In this document: positions 11,016 to 20,617 of the stretch, piece after piece
Position numbering within the stretch: the stretch's first letter is position 1
How the letters are laid out: every line of letters begins with the position of its first letter
Source of the DNA: a virus
Taxonomy: Duplodnaviria; Caudoviricetes
Length of the DNA: 60,457 nucleotides
Reading direction: 5' to 3' (one strand)
Virus record (IMG/VR): IMGVR_UViG_3300046747_000764
Location: 1-60,457 of that record
Notes under the pieces: model-generated
Databases searched by the model: none
What the model was told of the DNA's origin: nothing
Seen by the model: the letters and a program-made list of their open reading frames with translations, nothing else
Translations under genes and position numbers: made by a program

Positions 11016-11205
11016 GAAGCATGAGTCTCCCGCCACCATTGTCGTGGAGGAGGAGGAAGCCCCCACCGTCGTCATGCAGGATAAGGAAGCCGGCGCCGGC
11101 ACCGCGCCCGCTGACCCCGCCGCCGTGGCGCAACATGGCGAAGCCAGGGTGGAAGAGCAGTGCCGTTACGAGAATGATGAGCGCCAATAGGCCAATCGTT
11201 CGCAT
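11005..11205 (-). CDS. Small exported peptide with triple (F/R)LxLHx repeat
   Basis: GGAG RBS, hydrophobic N-terminus, C-terminus FLILHDDGGG-FLLLHDNGGG-RLMLHAD; overlaps next gene start. Confidence 0.65.
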   Translation of the reverse strand: MRTIGLLALIILVTALLFHPGFAMLRHGGGVSGRGAGAGFLILHDDGGGFLLLHDNGGGRLMLHAD

Positions 11206-11259
11206 TCGGGGTTAACTCCCGTTGTTTGGCCAATAGAAGGATTGGAAAAATCGGCAGCT

Positions 11260-14200
11260 CTAGCTGCCGCGGTTCATGAAACGGCCGAGATTCGAGAAAA
11301 ATAGCGTAGGTTGTCTATGCAGCGATCCGCCCCCGCCCGAGGAGTGTATCGCTGATCCTGCGATAGCCGCCAAAGAGCCGGCGCCTGCAAACGAGGCGAT
11401 AACCGAGGCTTGAATAACCGCCGCCCCGTGAAGGCTTCCGGCCCCAGAAAATCCCGCCGATGCTGTCGCTATTATTGCGGCAGCCGACGAGAAGGAAGCG
11501 CTCGCGGTGAAGTGCGCTGATAAAAGGCCAGAGAGAGTGTTGGTTCCAGCAAGCTGACCGAGGCCGGCAAACCCGCCCGCGCCCGGCATGACCAAAAACG
11601 CTGGTAACGTCATGCCGCCTGAGCCAGCAAAGGCGGCTTGGGTTAGATACGCTATCGCGCCCTGGTTCCAGATTAGGGAACCAGAACCGGCAAATCCGAC
11701 CGATGCGGCAAGAGATTGGCGGTCGGCTTCGGTGAGAGAACCAAAGCCAGAGAATGATCCCAAGCCTGCGGCGGCTAGGGCCAACCGGCTGAGAGTGAGC
11801 GAGCCCGCACCGAGAAACCCGGCCTGAGAGAAGATCGTCGAAACAATCGACGATGACAGCGTCGCCTGACCGGAAAGAGCCGCCCGCGCGGCAGCCGCGA
11901 CACTTATGGGTACGGATATCGTACCCATTCCGGCAAACGCCGAACTGGCGGCGGCTGTCTGCGCCTCTGTGGTAGCGAGCGTGCCGGCGCCAGCGAACCC
12001 CGCGGCTGTATAGCGATAGGGCTGATCGAGTTCGGCAAGCGTTCCAAGACCGGCAAAGGCAGCCGGGTTTGTCGCGAACTGCTGCCCCAACACCGATGCG
12101 AGACCGCCTGAGCCACCGAATGCTGCCTTGAGCAGGTACGCGATCGCGCCCTGGTTCCAGACGAACGAGGTGGCTCCGAAGAATCCCGCGGCCGCCGAAA
12201 GATTGGCAACGTAGCTCGCCGCGAGTGAGCCAGCGCCAGCGAACGCACCGGTCGCCTGTGATCGAGCGATCGTCGAGAGCGCCAGCGCTCCCGCTCCGGA
12301 AAAGATCGATCCGATGACCGAATTCTGCGCGGCACTCGCGCTGATGGTTCCGGAACCTGCAAACCCGGCTCCGGTGACCCGATACGGGTTATCGAGTTCG
12401 GAGAGCGCACCAAGCCCCAGGAATGAGGCCAATCCTGACGCCGCGATAGATGATCCGGTGCCTAGCGTCCCAGCCCCTATAAATGCCGAAGCGGCGGCAG
12501 CGGTTAGAGCGACCGACGAACCAAGTGCTCCACCCCCAGCGAACCCAGCAAGCGCGGCGCGGTACGGCGCGAGGTTGCTGGAGAACGCACCGAGCGCGGC
12601 TAAGGTCGCGGCGGCGGCGAGCGCCTGATTTTGAACGGTCGATAGGGTGCCGGCGCCAGCAAATCCGGCTGACGTATAGCGATATGGCGCGTCGAATTCG
12701 GATAGTCCGCCGAGGCCGGAGAACGTCGAGGATGCTGCAAGCGCCGCGACAATCTCGGTCGAGAAAGATGTGCTTCCGGCAAATGAAGAGCGCGCAGGTA
12801 TCGCCGAGGCGGCGAGGACGGCAAGTGAACCAGCTCCAGAAAACCCGGCTGCCGTTTGGCGGTAAGGCGCATCAATTTCAGTAAGCGCGCCCGCCCCGGA
12901 GAAGAGCGCGGCAGCAACGGAACTCTGGGCCTCGAGGGCCCGAAATGACCCGACGCCCGCAAAAGCGGCTCGGAGCAGATAGGCAATCGCCCCTTGGTTC
13001 CAGACGAAAGAACCGACACCTGCAAACCCCGCAGCTCCTGCGAGATTAGCTAGGTGATTAGCCGAGAAAGAACCAACTCCAGCGAAGCCTGCGCCGGCAT
13101 ACGCTTGCGCGAGCGCTGTGGAATCTAGCCTGCCAGACCCCGCAAATCCGGCTGACGTATAGCGGTATGGCGAGTCGAGTTCGGCGAGAGCGCCGAGCCC
13201 GACAAACGCAGCAAGTGCGGCGGCGGCCTGGGCGGAGGAGACAGCGAGCGAGCCGCTTCCGCTGAAAGACGAGCCGGCGACCGCGTTTTGCGACGGTGAT
13301 GCGTTGAGCGACCCGGCACCAGCAAACCCGCCGGATTGCGGGATCATCGACGTGATCAGAGCGTTAAGAGAGGCGGTCCCGGCCAAGAACGCAGCAACGG
13401 CCGAATTCTGCGTTGCCGCCGAGCCGAAAGCGCCTAGGCCAGTAAAAGCGGCCGGGTTAGTGCCGAATCTCTGCGCCGTTAGAGCGTTCAGCGCGGCGCC
13501 TCCGACGAGCGTCGCATACCCGGCCGCCGCCAGGACTGATAAGGCGTTGAGCGCGCCAGCACCAGAGAATGACGCCATCGCGACGGCCGACAGCGCAGCG
13601 GAAACCGCCACGGAGCCGCTTCCGGCAAAGGATGAGCCGGCCGCTAGGTTTTGCGCCGCGGCGGACCGGAAGCCGCCGAGCGCGGTAAAGGCTGACGCGG
13701 CTGCCGCGTTCTGTGCTGAAGCCGCGCCAAGCGAGCCAGCGCCCGCGAAACCGGTCGATTGCTGGATCACCGACGTGATCAGCGCGTTGAGGACGGCGAT
13801 TCCGGCAAAGGCGGCGGCGGCGGCTGAATTCTGCGTTGCCGCCGAGCCGAAAGCACCGAGACCGGCAAAGCCAGCCGATGTGTAGCGGTAGGGCGAATCG
13901 AGCTCGGCAAGTGCCCCGACGCCAGAAAACGCCCCGAATCCAGCGGCATTGAGAAGCGCCAAAGCGTTGAGCGCGCCGGCTCCGGCAAATCCCGCGGCCG
14001 TGTATCGGTAGGGCGAATCCAGCTCGGCGAGCGCACCGAGACCGGCGAAACTAGCCAGCGCGAACCATACGGTTGCGCCGGTTATGACGGAGTCGAGATC
14101 GTTGAGTGTACCGGCGCCGGCGAACGATCCGGCGGCAGCCGCGGTTAGTCCTGACGAAGCGGCGAGCGCGGCCAAGCCAGCGAACGCCGCGGCCGTGTAC

Positions 14201-15756
14201 CGGTAGGGCGAATCGGCTTCGCCCAGCGCTCCGAGGCCCGCGAATGCTGAAAATGCTGAAAATTGCTGAGATGTAAGTGTGCTTAGAGAGCCGACCCCAG
14301 AAAAAGCGGACGCGGCGGCCGCTCTTTGAGCCAATAGCGCGCCAAGCGTGCCGGCGCCCGCGAACCCAGCGGCGGTGAAACGATAGGGCGCGTCGCTCTC
14401 GGTAAGCGCGCCGAGGCCAGAAAACGATGCAAGCGCCGCAGCGTTGAGGAGCGACGAGATGTTGAGTGAGCCGCTCCCGGCAAGCGACCCGGAGGCGGCA
14501 GCGTTCAGGGCCGCAGAGGACGCGAACGCACCCAATCCAGCGAACCCGGCGGCCGTAACGCGATAGGGCGAATCGGTCTCAGCGAAGGCGCCGACACCGG
14601 CAAGAGAAGCCCACGCAGCCAGGTTTTGATGGTCTGTTTCCGCAAATGCTCCGAGACCGCCGAACCCGGCAGCCGTGAAGCGGAAAGGCTTGTCAGTCTC
14701 CGCGAATGCCCCGGTGCCGCCGAATGAAGCGGTCTCCGGGTATGTTAGAGATGCAGTCGTCCCGAGAAGACCAGACCCGGAAAGCGAAGCGTATGCCGCG
14801 GCATTAAAAGCGGTCGGGATGCCGACGGCTCCGGTCCCAGTAAAGCCTGCCGATCCTGCCCAGGCCGTAATGGCTCCGCCATGGACGAGATAGATCAGGT
14901 CGTCTGGGTAAGGCGGAGTGCCGCCGATAGGACCGCCGCCGATGGGTCCGCCACCGATGGGGCCGCCTCGAGGGCCGGGTGCCCAAAAGGAGGCGCCGCC
15001 CGCGAAAGATGTGGATAGCTGGGCTCGCTGAGGGCGAAGGTTGCGACCGCCTAGCCCACCGACCGCAGCGAACGCCGCCGATAATTTGGTATTATACGTG
15101 ATGACGATGAGGCCGGGCTGCCCCGGCGCGACGGATGCGCCCGCGGTAGCCGTACCGTGCGCACCGCCGGCGCCTCCGTAGATCCCCCCGGTAAAGCCGT
15201 TGCCGGTAGTCGTAGCGCCGGCCCCACCCGCGCCGACGCCGTGAGTAGCGTTGAATTGTGTCCCGCTTGCCCCAGCGCCGGCACCGCCGCTTACGGTATT
15301 GTTGTCAGCATTACCGCCATTTGCCCCAGCAGAGGCGGCACCAGTCCCATGTGGTCCGGCCGAGCCCCCTCCACCCCACGCGACGCTTGAATTGCTTTTG
15401 CCGCCGGCACCACCATTAAAGTGCACGGTGTTAGAGCTGCCGGTGCCACCCGTCCCAGCTACCGTCGTCGTACCAGTAACACCGTGATGAGCGGTGATCG
15501 TAATTCCGCCGGCTACGATCGTGGTGTCGCCCGTACCGCCGGCAGTCCCCACGGTGTATGACGTGCCGTTGGTAAGGGTTAGAGCGCCGGATTCGGACGC
15601 ATACTCGCCGCCGCCCCCGCCACAGCCCGCTACAGAGGAGCTGGCTCGTAATGATCCGTCGCCGCCGGATCCGACGCACTCAACCTTATCGGCGAATCCA
15701 GGCCAGTCACCCGGGGCGCTGAATGTCCCGCTGGCCGTTAAAAAGATTTGCGTCAT
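11260..15756 (-). CDS. 1498-aa Ala/Gly-rich repeat protein (virion fibre-like) with N-terminal glycine-rich domain
   Basis: N-terminal SGTF..P...VECVGSGG.G glycine-rich domain; dozens of ~20-22-aa F.G.G.(L/F) repeats with recurring PYRYT(A/S)AGFAG. Confidence 0.75.
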   Translation of the reverse strand: MTQIFLTASGTFSAPGDWPGFADKVECVGSGGDGSLRASSSVAGCGGGGGEYASESGALTLTNGTSYTVGTAGGTGDTTIVAGGITITAHHGVTGTTTVAGTGGTGSSNTVHFNGGAGGKSNSSVAWGGGGSAGPHGTGAASAGANGGNADNNTVSGGAGAGASGTQFNATHGVGAGGAGATTTGNGFTGGIYGGAGGAHGTATAGASVAPGQPGLIVITYNTKLSAAFAAVGGLGGRNLRPQRAQLSTSFAGGASFWAPGPRGGPIGGGPIGGGPIGGTPPYPDDLIYLVHGGAITAWAGSAGFTGTGAVGIPTAFNAAAYASLSGSGLLGTTASLTYPETASFGGTGAFAETDKPFRFTAAGFGGLGAFAETDHQNLAAWASLAGVGAFAETDSPYRVTAAGFAGLGAFASSAALNAAASGSLAGSGSLNISSLLNAAALASFSGLGALTESDAPYRFTAAGFAGAGTLGALLAQRAAAASAFSGVGSLSTLTSQQFSAFSAFAGLGALGEADSPYRYTAAAFAGLAALAASSGLTAAAAGSFAGAGTLNDLDSVITGATVWFALASFAGLGALAELDSPYRYTAAGFAGAGALNALALLNAAGFGAFSGVGALAELDSPYRYTSAGFAGLGAFGSAATQNSAAAAAFAGIAVLNALITSVIQQSTGFAGAGSLGAASAQNAAAASAFTALGGFRSAAAQNLAAGSSFAGSGSVAVSAALSAVAMASFSGAGALNALSVLAAAGYATLVGGAALNALTAQRFGTNPAAFTGLGAFGSAATQNSAVAAFLAGTASLNALITSMIPQSGGFAGAGSLNASPSQNAVAGSSFSGSGSLAVSSAQAAAALAAFVGLGALAELDSPYRYTSAGFAGSGRLDSTALAQAYAGAGFAGVGSFSANHLANLAGAAGFAGVGSFVWNQGAIAYLLRAAFAGVGSFRALEAQSSVAAALFSGAGALTEIDAPYRQTAAGFSGAGSLAVLAASAIPARSSFAGSTSFSTEIVAALAASSTFSGLGGLSEFDAPYRYTSAGFAGAGTLSTVQNQALAAAATLAALGAFSSNLAPYRAALAGFAGGGALGSSVALTAAAASAFIGAGTLGTGSSIAASGLASFLGLGALSELDNPYRVTGAGFAGSGTISASAAQNSVIGSIFSGAGALALSTIARSQATGAFAGAGSLAASYVANLSAAAGFFGATSFVWNQGAIAYLLKAAFGGSGGLASVLGQQFATNPAAFAGLGTLAELDQPYRYTAAGFAGAGTLATTEAQTAAASSAFAGMGTISVPISVAAAARAALSGQATLSSSIVSTIFSQAGFLGAGSLTLSRLALAAAGLGSFSGFGSLTEADRQSLAASVGFAGSGSLIWNQGAIAYLTQAAFAGSGGMTLPAFLVMPGAGGFAGLGQLAGTNTLSGLLSAHFTASASFSSAAAIIATASAGFSGAGSLHGAAVIQASVIASFAGAGSLAAIAGSAIHSSGGGGSLHRQPTLFFSNLGRFMNRGS

Positions 15757-15767
15757 TCATCGGGCGG

Positions 15768-16427
15768 CTAGTTTAGCACCCAGGCCGCAGCCGATGGGCT
15801 TGGCGTGATGAGGATGGCGACGACGGTTGTGTTGATCCCGGCTGTTGTGGTCTTGGCTGCCGGCGCGACCGATCCGCCTGAGGCGGCTTGGATCGTGTAC
15901 GTGGTGGCGGTGGTTTCCACCAGCCCGACGATACATTTGCCGAGCGTCGGCATATTGATGTTAGGCAGAGTTACGGTCGGTGTCGTGCCGGTCGGCAGCA
16001 GCAGGATCTTACCGCAGTCAGCTTGAACGACGTTGTAATTGTTGGATGTCAACGTCACCGCCTCGACGTCACCGTGATCTTCGGCGAGATGGGCAACCCA
16101 CACGACGGCGGCAGAGGTGGCGCTGATCGCCGAATTGCTGTTGCTCGAATAGATAGAGCCGCGGGTGAGGGTCGTGCCTGACGCGGTATAGGTCCCGCGG
16201 CCGACCTCCCAATTCGCGCCATCGCGGATCGAGTAGGAGATGAGTTCGCCGTCGATAACGCCGGAAGCCGCGAAGGTCAGATATCCTGACACAGCCGAGC
16301 CAAGGGTGATCGTGCCGGTCCCGGGCGTCCCAGTAACGGTCATCTCCGCCATGTCGTGTAGAAAGGCGAGGGACGGGTTGCACCAGGAGCACAGGAACGG
16401 CAGAGCGAGGAGGAGGCGTCGGATCAT
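15768..16427 (-). CDS. Phage fibre-associated protein with an added signal peptide
   Basis: GTGTITLGSAVSGYLTFA..Y.I.DG.NWEVG.GTY resembles a common phage virion N-terminal domain; preceded by MIRRLLLALPFLCSWCNPSLA; ATGA overlap with upstream gene. Confidence 0.7.
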   Translation of the reverse strand: MIRRLLLALPFLCSWCNPSLAFLHDMAEMTVTGTPGTGTITLGSAVSGYLTFAASGVIDGELISYSIRDGANWEVGRGTYTASGTTLTRGSIYSSNSNSAISATSAAVVWVAHLAEDHGDVEAVTLTSNNYNVVQADCGKILLLPTGTTPTVTLPNINMPTLGKCIVGLVETTATTYTIQAASGGSVAPAAKTTTAGINTTVVAILITPSPSAAAWVLN

Positions 16428-17056
16428 GGCGGCGCCTCCCACACCCCCCAGTATGACGGGGGACCCGGAATGATGGACTCGTCTACGCCTTCGATGCGTA
16501 CCGGGATTAGCGCTTCCGTGAGCAGATCAAGCACATCGGCCCCGTCATGCATCCAGGCTTGCCGTGTCGGCACAAAGCGCTGCCGGGCGTTAAGGACAAA
16601 GAGCCGGCCGCCGGGCTTCAGAGCCGCCGCAATGCGAGCGATGTCGTCCTTGACGTGAGCCATGTGCTGTAGCGCCCACACCGACAGCGCGAAGTCGAAC
16701 CTTGCACCGAACCTGCACATCCGCTCGAACGCGATGGGAGCACAGCAGAGAAACCGGTCGGAATCGACGTATTCGACCGCTAAGCGCCGCATCGACGGGC
16801 TGATGTCGACACCAAGCACGGTCCAGTTGCGGCGAGCGATCAGAGGCCGGGCGAGCCGGCCGATGCCGCATCCGTAGTCGAGGCAGCTCGAGTTGACGAT
16901 CGGCATATATCCGATGATCTTCTCGAGCAGGTACTCGGTCTCGACGGACCAGCGCTCTTCGGGGGTTCGCTTGCCGTCTGGGGTTAGGATTATGGACTTT
17001 GCTTGAGCGAGCGAGGTGACGTTAAAGATTGCGGGATCGTAAGCTAGTTCTTGCAT
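16424..17056 (-). CDS. Class I SAM-dependent methyltransferase
   Basis: LDYGCGIG, GVDIS and LKPGG motifs. Confidence 0.85.
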   Translation of the reverse strand: MQELAYDPAIFNVTSLAQAKSIILTPDGKRTPEERWSVETEYLLEKIIGYMPIVNSSCLDYGCGIGRLARPLIARRNWTVLGVDISPSMRRLAVEYVDSDRFLCCAPIAFERMCRFGARFDFALSVWALQHMAHVKDDIARIAAALKPGGRLFVLNARQRFVPTRQAWMHDGADVLDLLTEALIPVRIEGVDESIIPGPPSYWGVWEAPP

Positions 17057-17730
17057 TTGCCGTATCGGTGGGCGATGCGCAGTCGCTCTTTCAGCTTGTC
17101 ACCCGAGAGCACGAAAGGAATGTTGTGGCCGGCGTGAAAGCCGAAGGTCCCTTCGGGGGGCGGCGCGGTGAATTCAAATGAGAACCGGGTCGCGAGCTCG
17201 GTTGGCGCCCAGCGGAACCCCTCGGCAGCCAAAGCTTTGCGGTGCTTACGGCAGATCGCGTCATCTTCCGGCAGCCATAGCGGAAGCTGCGCGTTGGTTC
17301 GCAAGAACCGCATCAGCGCCGTCGCGCGCAAGCAGAACCCGCCGTTGCCGACACGAGTGTCTTCAGTATAGCCATAGCGGTCCCAGAAACTGCCCGAATC
17401 GATCGGCCATGGTGCCCCGATGTAATCGTACTCGAGGAAGGCTTCTTCCCACCGATCGGCGTCGAGCACCCAGCTGTCCCACTGAATCCAGATGTAGTGG
17501 GGCGGCCTGATGAGCTTGGGCACCTCATACCACAGCGCCCGCATAGCCGAGATATAGCCGCCGTCGTAATGGTGGTACTCCGCCCCGGAAATCTGGATCT
17601 TCTTTGGGGCGTCGGTTAGGATAAGGACTTGGTCAGGAGCGATCTGGGCGAGTGAATCTTCCAGCGCCAGGCGTGTCAGATCGTGGGTGGAATTGTCGAT
17701 CGCGACCAGCGCGATGGGAAGATCAAGAAT
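17044..17730 (-). CDS. DUF5672-like (glycosyltransferase-associated) protein; start uncertain
   Basis: QWDSWV..W...FL.YDYIGAPW, VGNGGF.LR, PED, A.RFSFE and FGFH motifs; frame stays open ~60 codons upstream of the ATG at 17544. Confidence 0.75.
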   Translation of the reverse strand: MLDLPIALVAIDNSTHDLTRLALEDSLAQIAPDQVLILTDAPKKIQISGAEYHHYDGGYISAMRALWYEVPKLIRPPHYIWIQWDSWVLDADRWEEAFLEYDYIGAPWPIDSGSFWDRYGYTEDTRVGNGGFCLRATALMRFLRTNAQLPLWLPEDDAICRKHRKALAAEGFRWAPTELATRFSFEFTAPPPEGTFGFHAGHNIPFVLSGDKLKERLRIAHRYGKCKN

Positions 17731-18046
17731 TGAACTGCCCCATTTTTAGATTGGGATTTTCCATCAGCAACCGTTCGATCGCGATGCATACCGCGGCGAG
17801 GTCGGTACGGTCGATCACCATGCGCAACGTAGGCTCAAGGTGATCATCTTCGTAAAAGAACAACTGAACATCGCCGCCGCGGATGCCGTTGCCGATGACG
17901 CAGCCGAACCATCCCTTGACACGGGTCTCGGGGAGCTGGAGCGCGTCGTGATACCATTGGCCCGGATTCGCCGGACCAGTAGGAGCCGGAGGCAATGCGC
18001 AACGCACATCGCCGTGCCCGGTGATTTTTCCGAAGCCGCCTTGCAT
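17723..18046 (-). CDS. Hypothetical protein
   Basis: 107-aa ORF with TGATG coupling in the operon. Confidence 0.5.
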   Translation of the reverse strand: MQGGFGKITGHGDVRCALPPAPTGPANPGQWYHDALQLPETRVKGWFGCVIGNGIRGGDVQLFFYEDDHLEPTLRMVIDRTDLAAVCIAIERLLMENPNLKMGQFNS

Positions 18047-18228
18047 CAGTTGATCAACACCTCTAGAGATCCCGGCACCACGATTAGCGTGTCATTGGTC
18101 ATGGGCGGTAGCGCTTCTTGATCTGCCGGCCCCGTATGCACGGTCCAACGCACATCATTGGCCAGCCGAGGAGCCTGCGGTCCCAGGTCCACATACCATC
18201 TCCAGCTGTTCCAGTCGCACATCTCCAT
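18046..18228 (-). CDS. Hypothetical protein
   Basis: 60-aa ORF in the operon. Confidence 0.45.
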   Translation of the reverse strand: MEMCDWNSWRWYVDLGPQAPRLANDVRWTVHTGPADQEALPPMTNDTLIVVPGSLEVLIN

Positions 18229-18234
18229 CTCCGG

Positions 18235-18642
18235 TCAGTTGATCTGCGAGGTAAGCGCTCCCGCCGCAATGACGAGAGTGTCGCCTGTTATAACGACGCG
18301 GGGCGTCGCGAGCAAGCCAAACCATAGCTCGTTCCCAAGCGTCGCGGTCTGGAACAGGTCGTACTGGAGAATGCCGCTCAGCGTGCGAACCGAGGAGAAC
18401 GCACCAAACGTCATTGCATTCAGATTAGTGGCTGACGCGGGTGTACCCGCTGCGTTGGCCCATGTGCAGGTCTGGCGCGAATAGCCCTCAGCGGTGCCAA
18501 GCTCACCCTGCGATCCGCCGAGTGATGTCGGAGATCCGGTGCACAGAGCAAGGAAAGGATGCGCGACAGGTAGGTTTGTCGTGCTGCCCTGGTTTATGTA
18601 ATTCAAAAGGCCAACTTGCCCATATTGACTGACGTTCGCCAT
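18235..18642 (-). CDS. Small phage virion/tail-associated protein
   Basis: LAL.T..P...E....GYSRQ...W..A....TN...TFG...D..T.GN.LW.G.L..P pattern recalled from phage structural regions. Confidence 0.7.
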   Translation of the reverse strand: MANVSQYGQVGLLNYINQGSTTNLPVAHPFLALCTGSPTSLGGSQGELGTAEGYSRQTCTWANAAGTPASATNLNAMTFGAFSSVRTLSGILQYDLFQTATLGNELWFGLLATPRVVITGDTLVIAAGALTSQIN

Positions 18643-18644
18643 CG

Positions 18645-19307
18645 CTATACTATGCCTCTTCTGTCTCGTCCAGACTTTATGCTGTGGTCAGCGTTCCACA
18701 ATGGCTGGAGATTACTATAATGACACGCGGCAAGGAATTGCGCGCGGTCGGTGAGGTCGAATGAGCACAGAGCTTTGACGTGGTCGATCTGCCACTCTGC
18801 GCCGTGATTCTGCCACGTCATGCCGGGAGAAAACTGAGCTTCAAGATAGCCTTTGAGGAATTCCACGGTGCATCCAAGGTCCTTGACCGCAGACCCCACC
18901 TTCTTACGCCGCTTGAGAGCCTTGTGGACTCGGGTCCCAAGCAGAATTTTTAATTTCTTCTGTATGTTGTCGTGATATTGTCGGGAGTTATATTCGACAT
19001 GATACCGGGGGTTGCGTTCTTTCCATTCCTTATGAGACGCTTTCCGCGAATCTAGGTGCCTGTAATAGGACGCCAACAGAGCCGCGCGGAACTTTTCTGG
19101 ATTACGAGCACGCCATTCTCGGGCATAGGTGTTAGTGCTCTCCCTATCCCGCTCCTGACGCGCCTTACACGAATCGTACTCACAACGCGTGCATCCGTAG
19201 CTGGAAATCCGCCGTTGGGCGACATGGCCCTTTGGGCACGGCTTACCATCGAAATATGTTTTGCGCCCGAGCGCGATAGCTTCCTTGCGAGAAACCAGCT
19301 CCATCAC
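18645..19307 (-). CDS. HNH-type endonuclease
   Basis: N-terminal YF.GKPC.KGH..R..C..C; C-terminal LGC..L..YLE.QF..GM.W.N.G..W.IDH..C.Y.NLQPLW. Confidence 0.8.
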   Translation of the reverse strand: MMELVSRKEAIALGRKTYFDGKPCPKGHVAQRRISSYGCTRCEYDSCKARQERDRESTNTYAREWRARNPEKFRAALLASYYRHLDSRKASHKEWKERNPRYHVEYNSRQYHDNIQKKLKILLGTRVHKALKRRKKVGSAVKDLGCTVEFLKGYLEAQFSPGMTWQNHGAEWQIDHVKALCSFDLTDRAQFLAACHYSNLQPLWNADHSIKSGRDRRGIV

Positions 19308-19313
19308 CCTTCC

Positions 19314-19616
19314 CTACTGGTCGCGCATTAATGTCAATAAGATTATTGTGTCTGTCAAATCTGCGCCAGCAACTATAACCCCAAAATTAGCAGCGTTATC
19401 CACGCTTTGGCATAGAGGGGTGCAAAACGCCGATCTGACGTCGCTCCCAACCGGATAGGTCTCGTTGCTGCTACTAATTACAATAGCGCTTGTTATTATG
19501 TCTCCAGCAACGGCCCGTTTAAAGATATTATCTGGATTCAACGCATCCAGTACTATTGAATGGAAACCACCGGCGGACCCATCTATGCCCGCTATAGCAT
19601 ATTGATATACAAACAT
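19314..19616 (-). CDS. Hypothetical protein (locally AT-richer)
   Basis: ORF coupled (TAATG) to the epimerase stop. Confidence 0.5.
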   Translation of the reverse strand: MFVYQYAIAGIDGSAGGFHSIVLDALNPDNIFKRAVAGDIITSAIVISSSNETYPVGSDVRSAFCTPLCQSVDNAANFGVIVAGADLTDTIILLTLMRDQ

Positions 19617-20617
19617 TATGCGGTTCTCCTCTTCCACGTTAGCGGCAGGAGGCCGCTCTCTATTTCGATGGGTAGGTGATGCACAAAGGGTTTCGGTCCT
19701 CGTTCGCGGATGTAGGCGACGAGCTTTTCAAGCCCCTTGACCAATCCGACTTCCTGCTCGAAGCCCAAGAGGTTCCTGGCTTTGTCGGATGAGCAGACCG
19801 CGTGTTTTACCTCGCGCGGTCTGCTAGGCAGGAACACCGGATTGAAGTGTACCCCGGCTATCTCAGCAATGATCTCGCCCAAAGCAAGGATCGTCACCGC
19901 CCCTTCATCGGGACCGACGTTGATGATCTCGCCCTTCGCGATCGGGTCAAGCCCCATCCGCGCCAATGTCGGCACGACATCGTCGATGTACGAGAAGCAC
20001 CGAACTTGCTTGCCGTCACCGTAAATGACCGGGCGCTGCCCCATAAGCATGAGGTTCGCCATGATGGCGGCGACGTTCCGATAGGGGTCGATATAGCGCT
20101 GGCGAGGCCCGTAAATGTTATGCGGTACTGCTATCGACCACTCGATGCCGTGGGTCTCGCAGAGATTGACCAGTAGCCGCTCGGCCGTCTCCTTGGCGAT
20201 GCCGTAAGGGTCTACCGGATCAGGAGCGGCCCATTCATGGAACAGTAGGTGGTTATGGCGCAAGTTCCCGTAGCGAGCCATGCTCGAGGTGTAGACAATT
20301 CGCTTGACCCCCGCTGCTATCGCTGCAGAGAACACCGCGGCTGAGCCAGCGTAGATGTTGCGGCTGATTAGCGACGGAGAGAAGTGGCTGGTGCCTTCAT
20401 ACGCTAGCGCGGCACAGTGGAAAACCACGTCAACGCCATGTAGGTCGACCGGCGAGAGGTTTTCGATGTCAGTGTAATGGTGCAATCCGCTCGGCAGATT
20501 GGCAAGATCGCCTGTGGCGAGATTGTCACACGTAACAACGTCGTCACCGCGAGCCACGAACCAATCGGCCAAGTGTGAGCCCAGGAAACCGGCCGCGCCA
20601 GTGATGTAAATGCGCAT
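19616..20617 (-). CDS. NAD-dependent nucleotide-sugar epimerase/dehydratase (extended SDR)
   Basis: GAAGFLG Rossmann motif, YGIAK (YxxxK), NIYGPRQ, GDG.Q.R.F. Confidence 0.9.
   Translation of the reverse strand: MRIYITGAAGFLGSHLADWFVARGDDVVTCDNLATGDLANLPSGLHHYTDIENLSPVDLHGVDVVFHCAALAYEGTSHFSPSLISRNIYAGSAAVFSAAIAAGVKRIVYTSSMARYGNLRHNHLLFHEWAAPDPVDPYGIAKETAERLLVNLCETHGIEWSIAVPHNIYGPRQRYIDPYRNVAAIMANLMLMGQRPVIYGDGKQVRCFSYIDDVVPTLARMGLDPIAKGEIINVGPDEGAVTILALGEIIAEIAGVHFNPVFLPSRPREVKHAVCSSDKARNLLGFEQEVGLVKGLEKLVAYIRERGPKPFVHHLPIEIESGLLPLTWKRRTA

Noticed and set aside
11260-15756. Tape-measure or PE-PGRS protein call
   Set aside because: The repeats look beta-type (F.G.G.L) rather than helical, there is no PE domain, and no tail-assembly chaperone context.
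241-15756. Numerous plus-strand ORFs opposite the giant genes
   Set aside because: Antisense shadows typical of high-GC coding DNA; no recognisable motifs.
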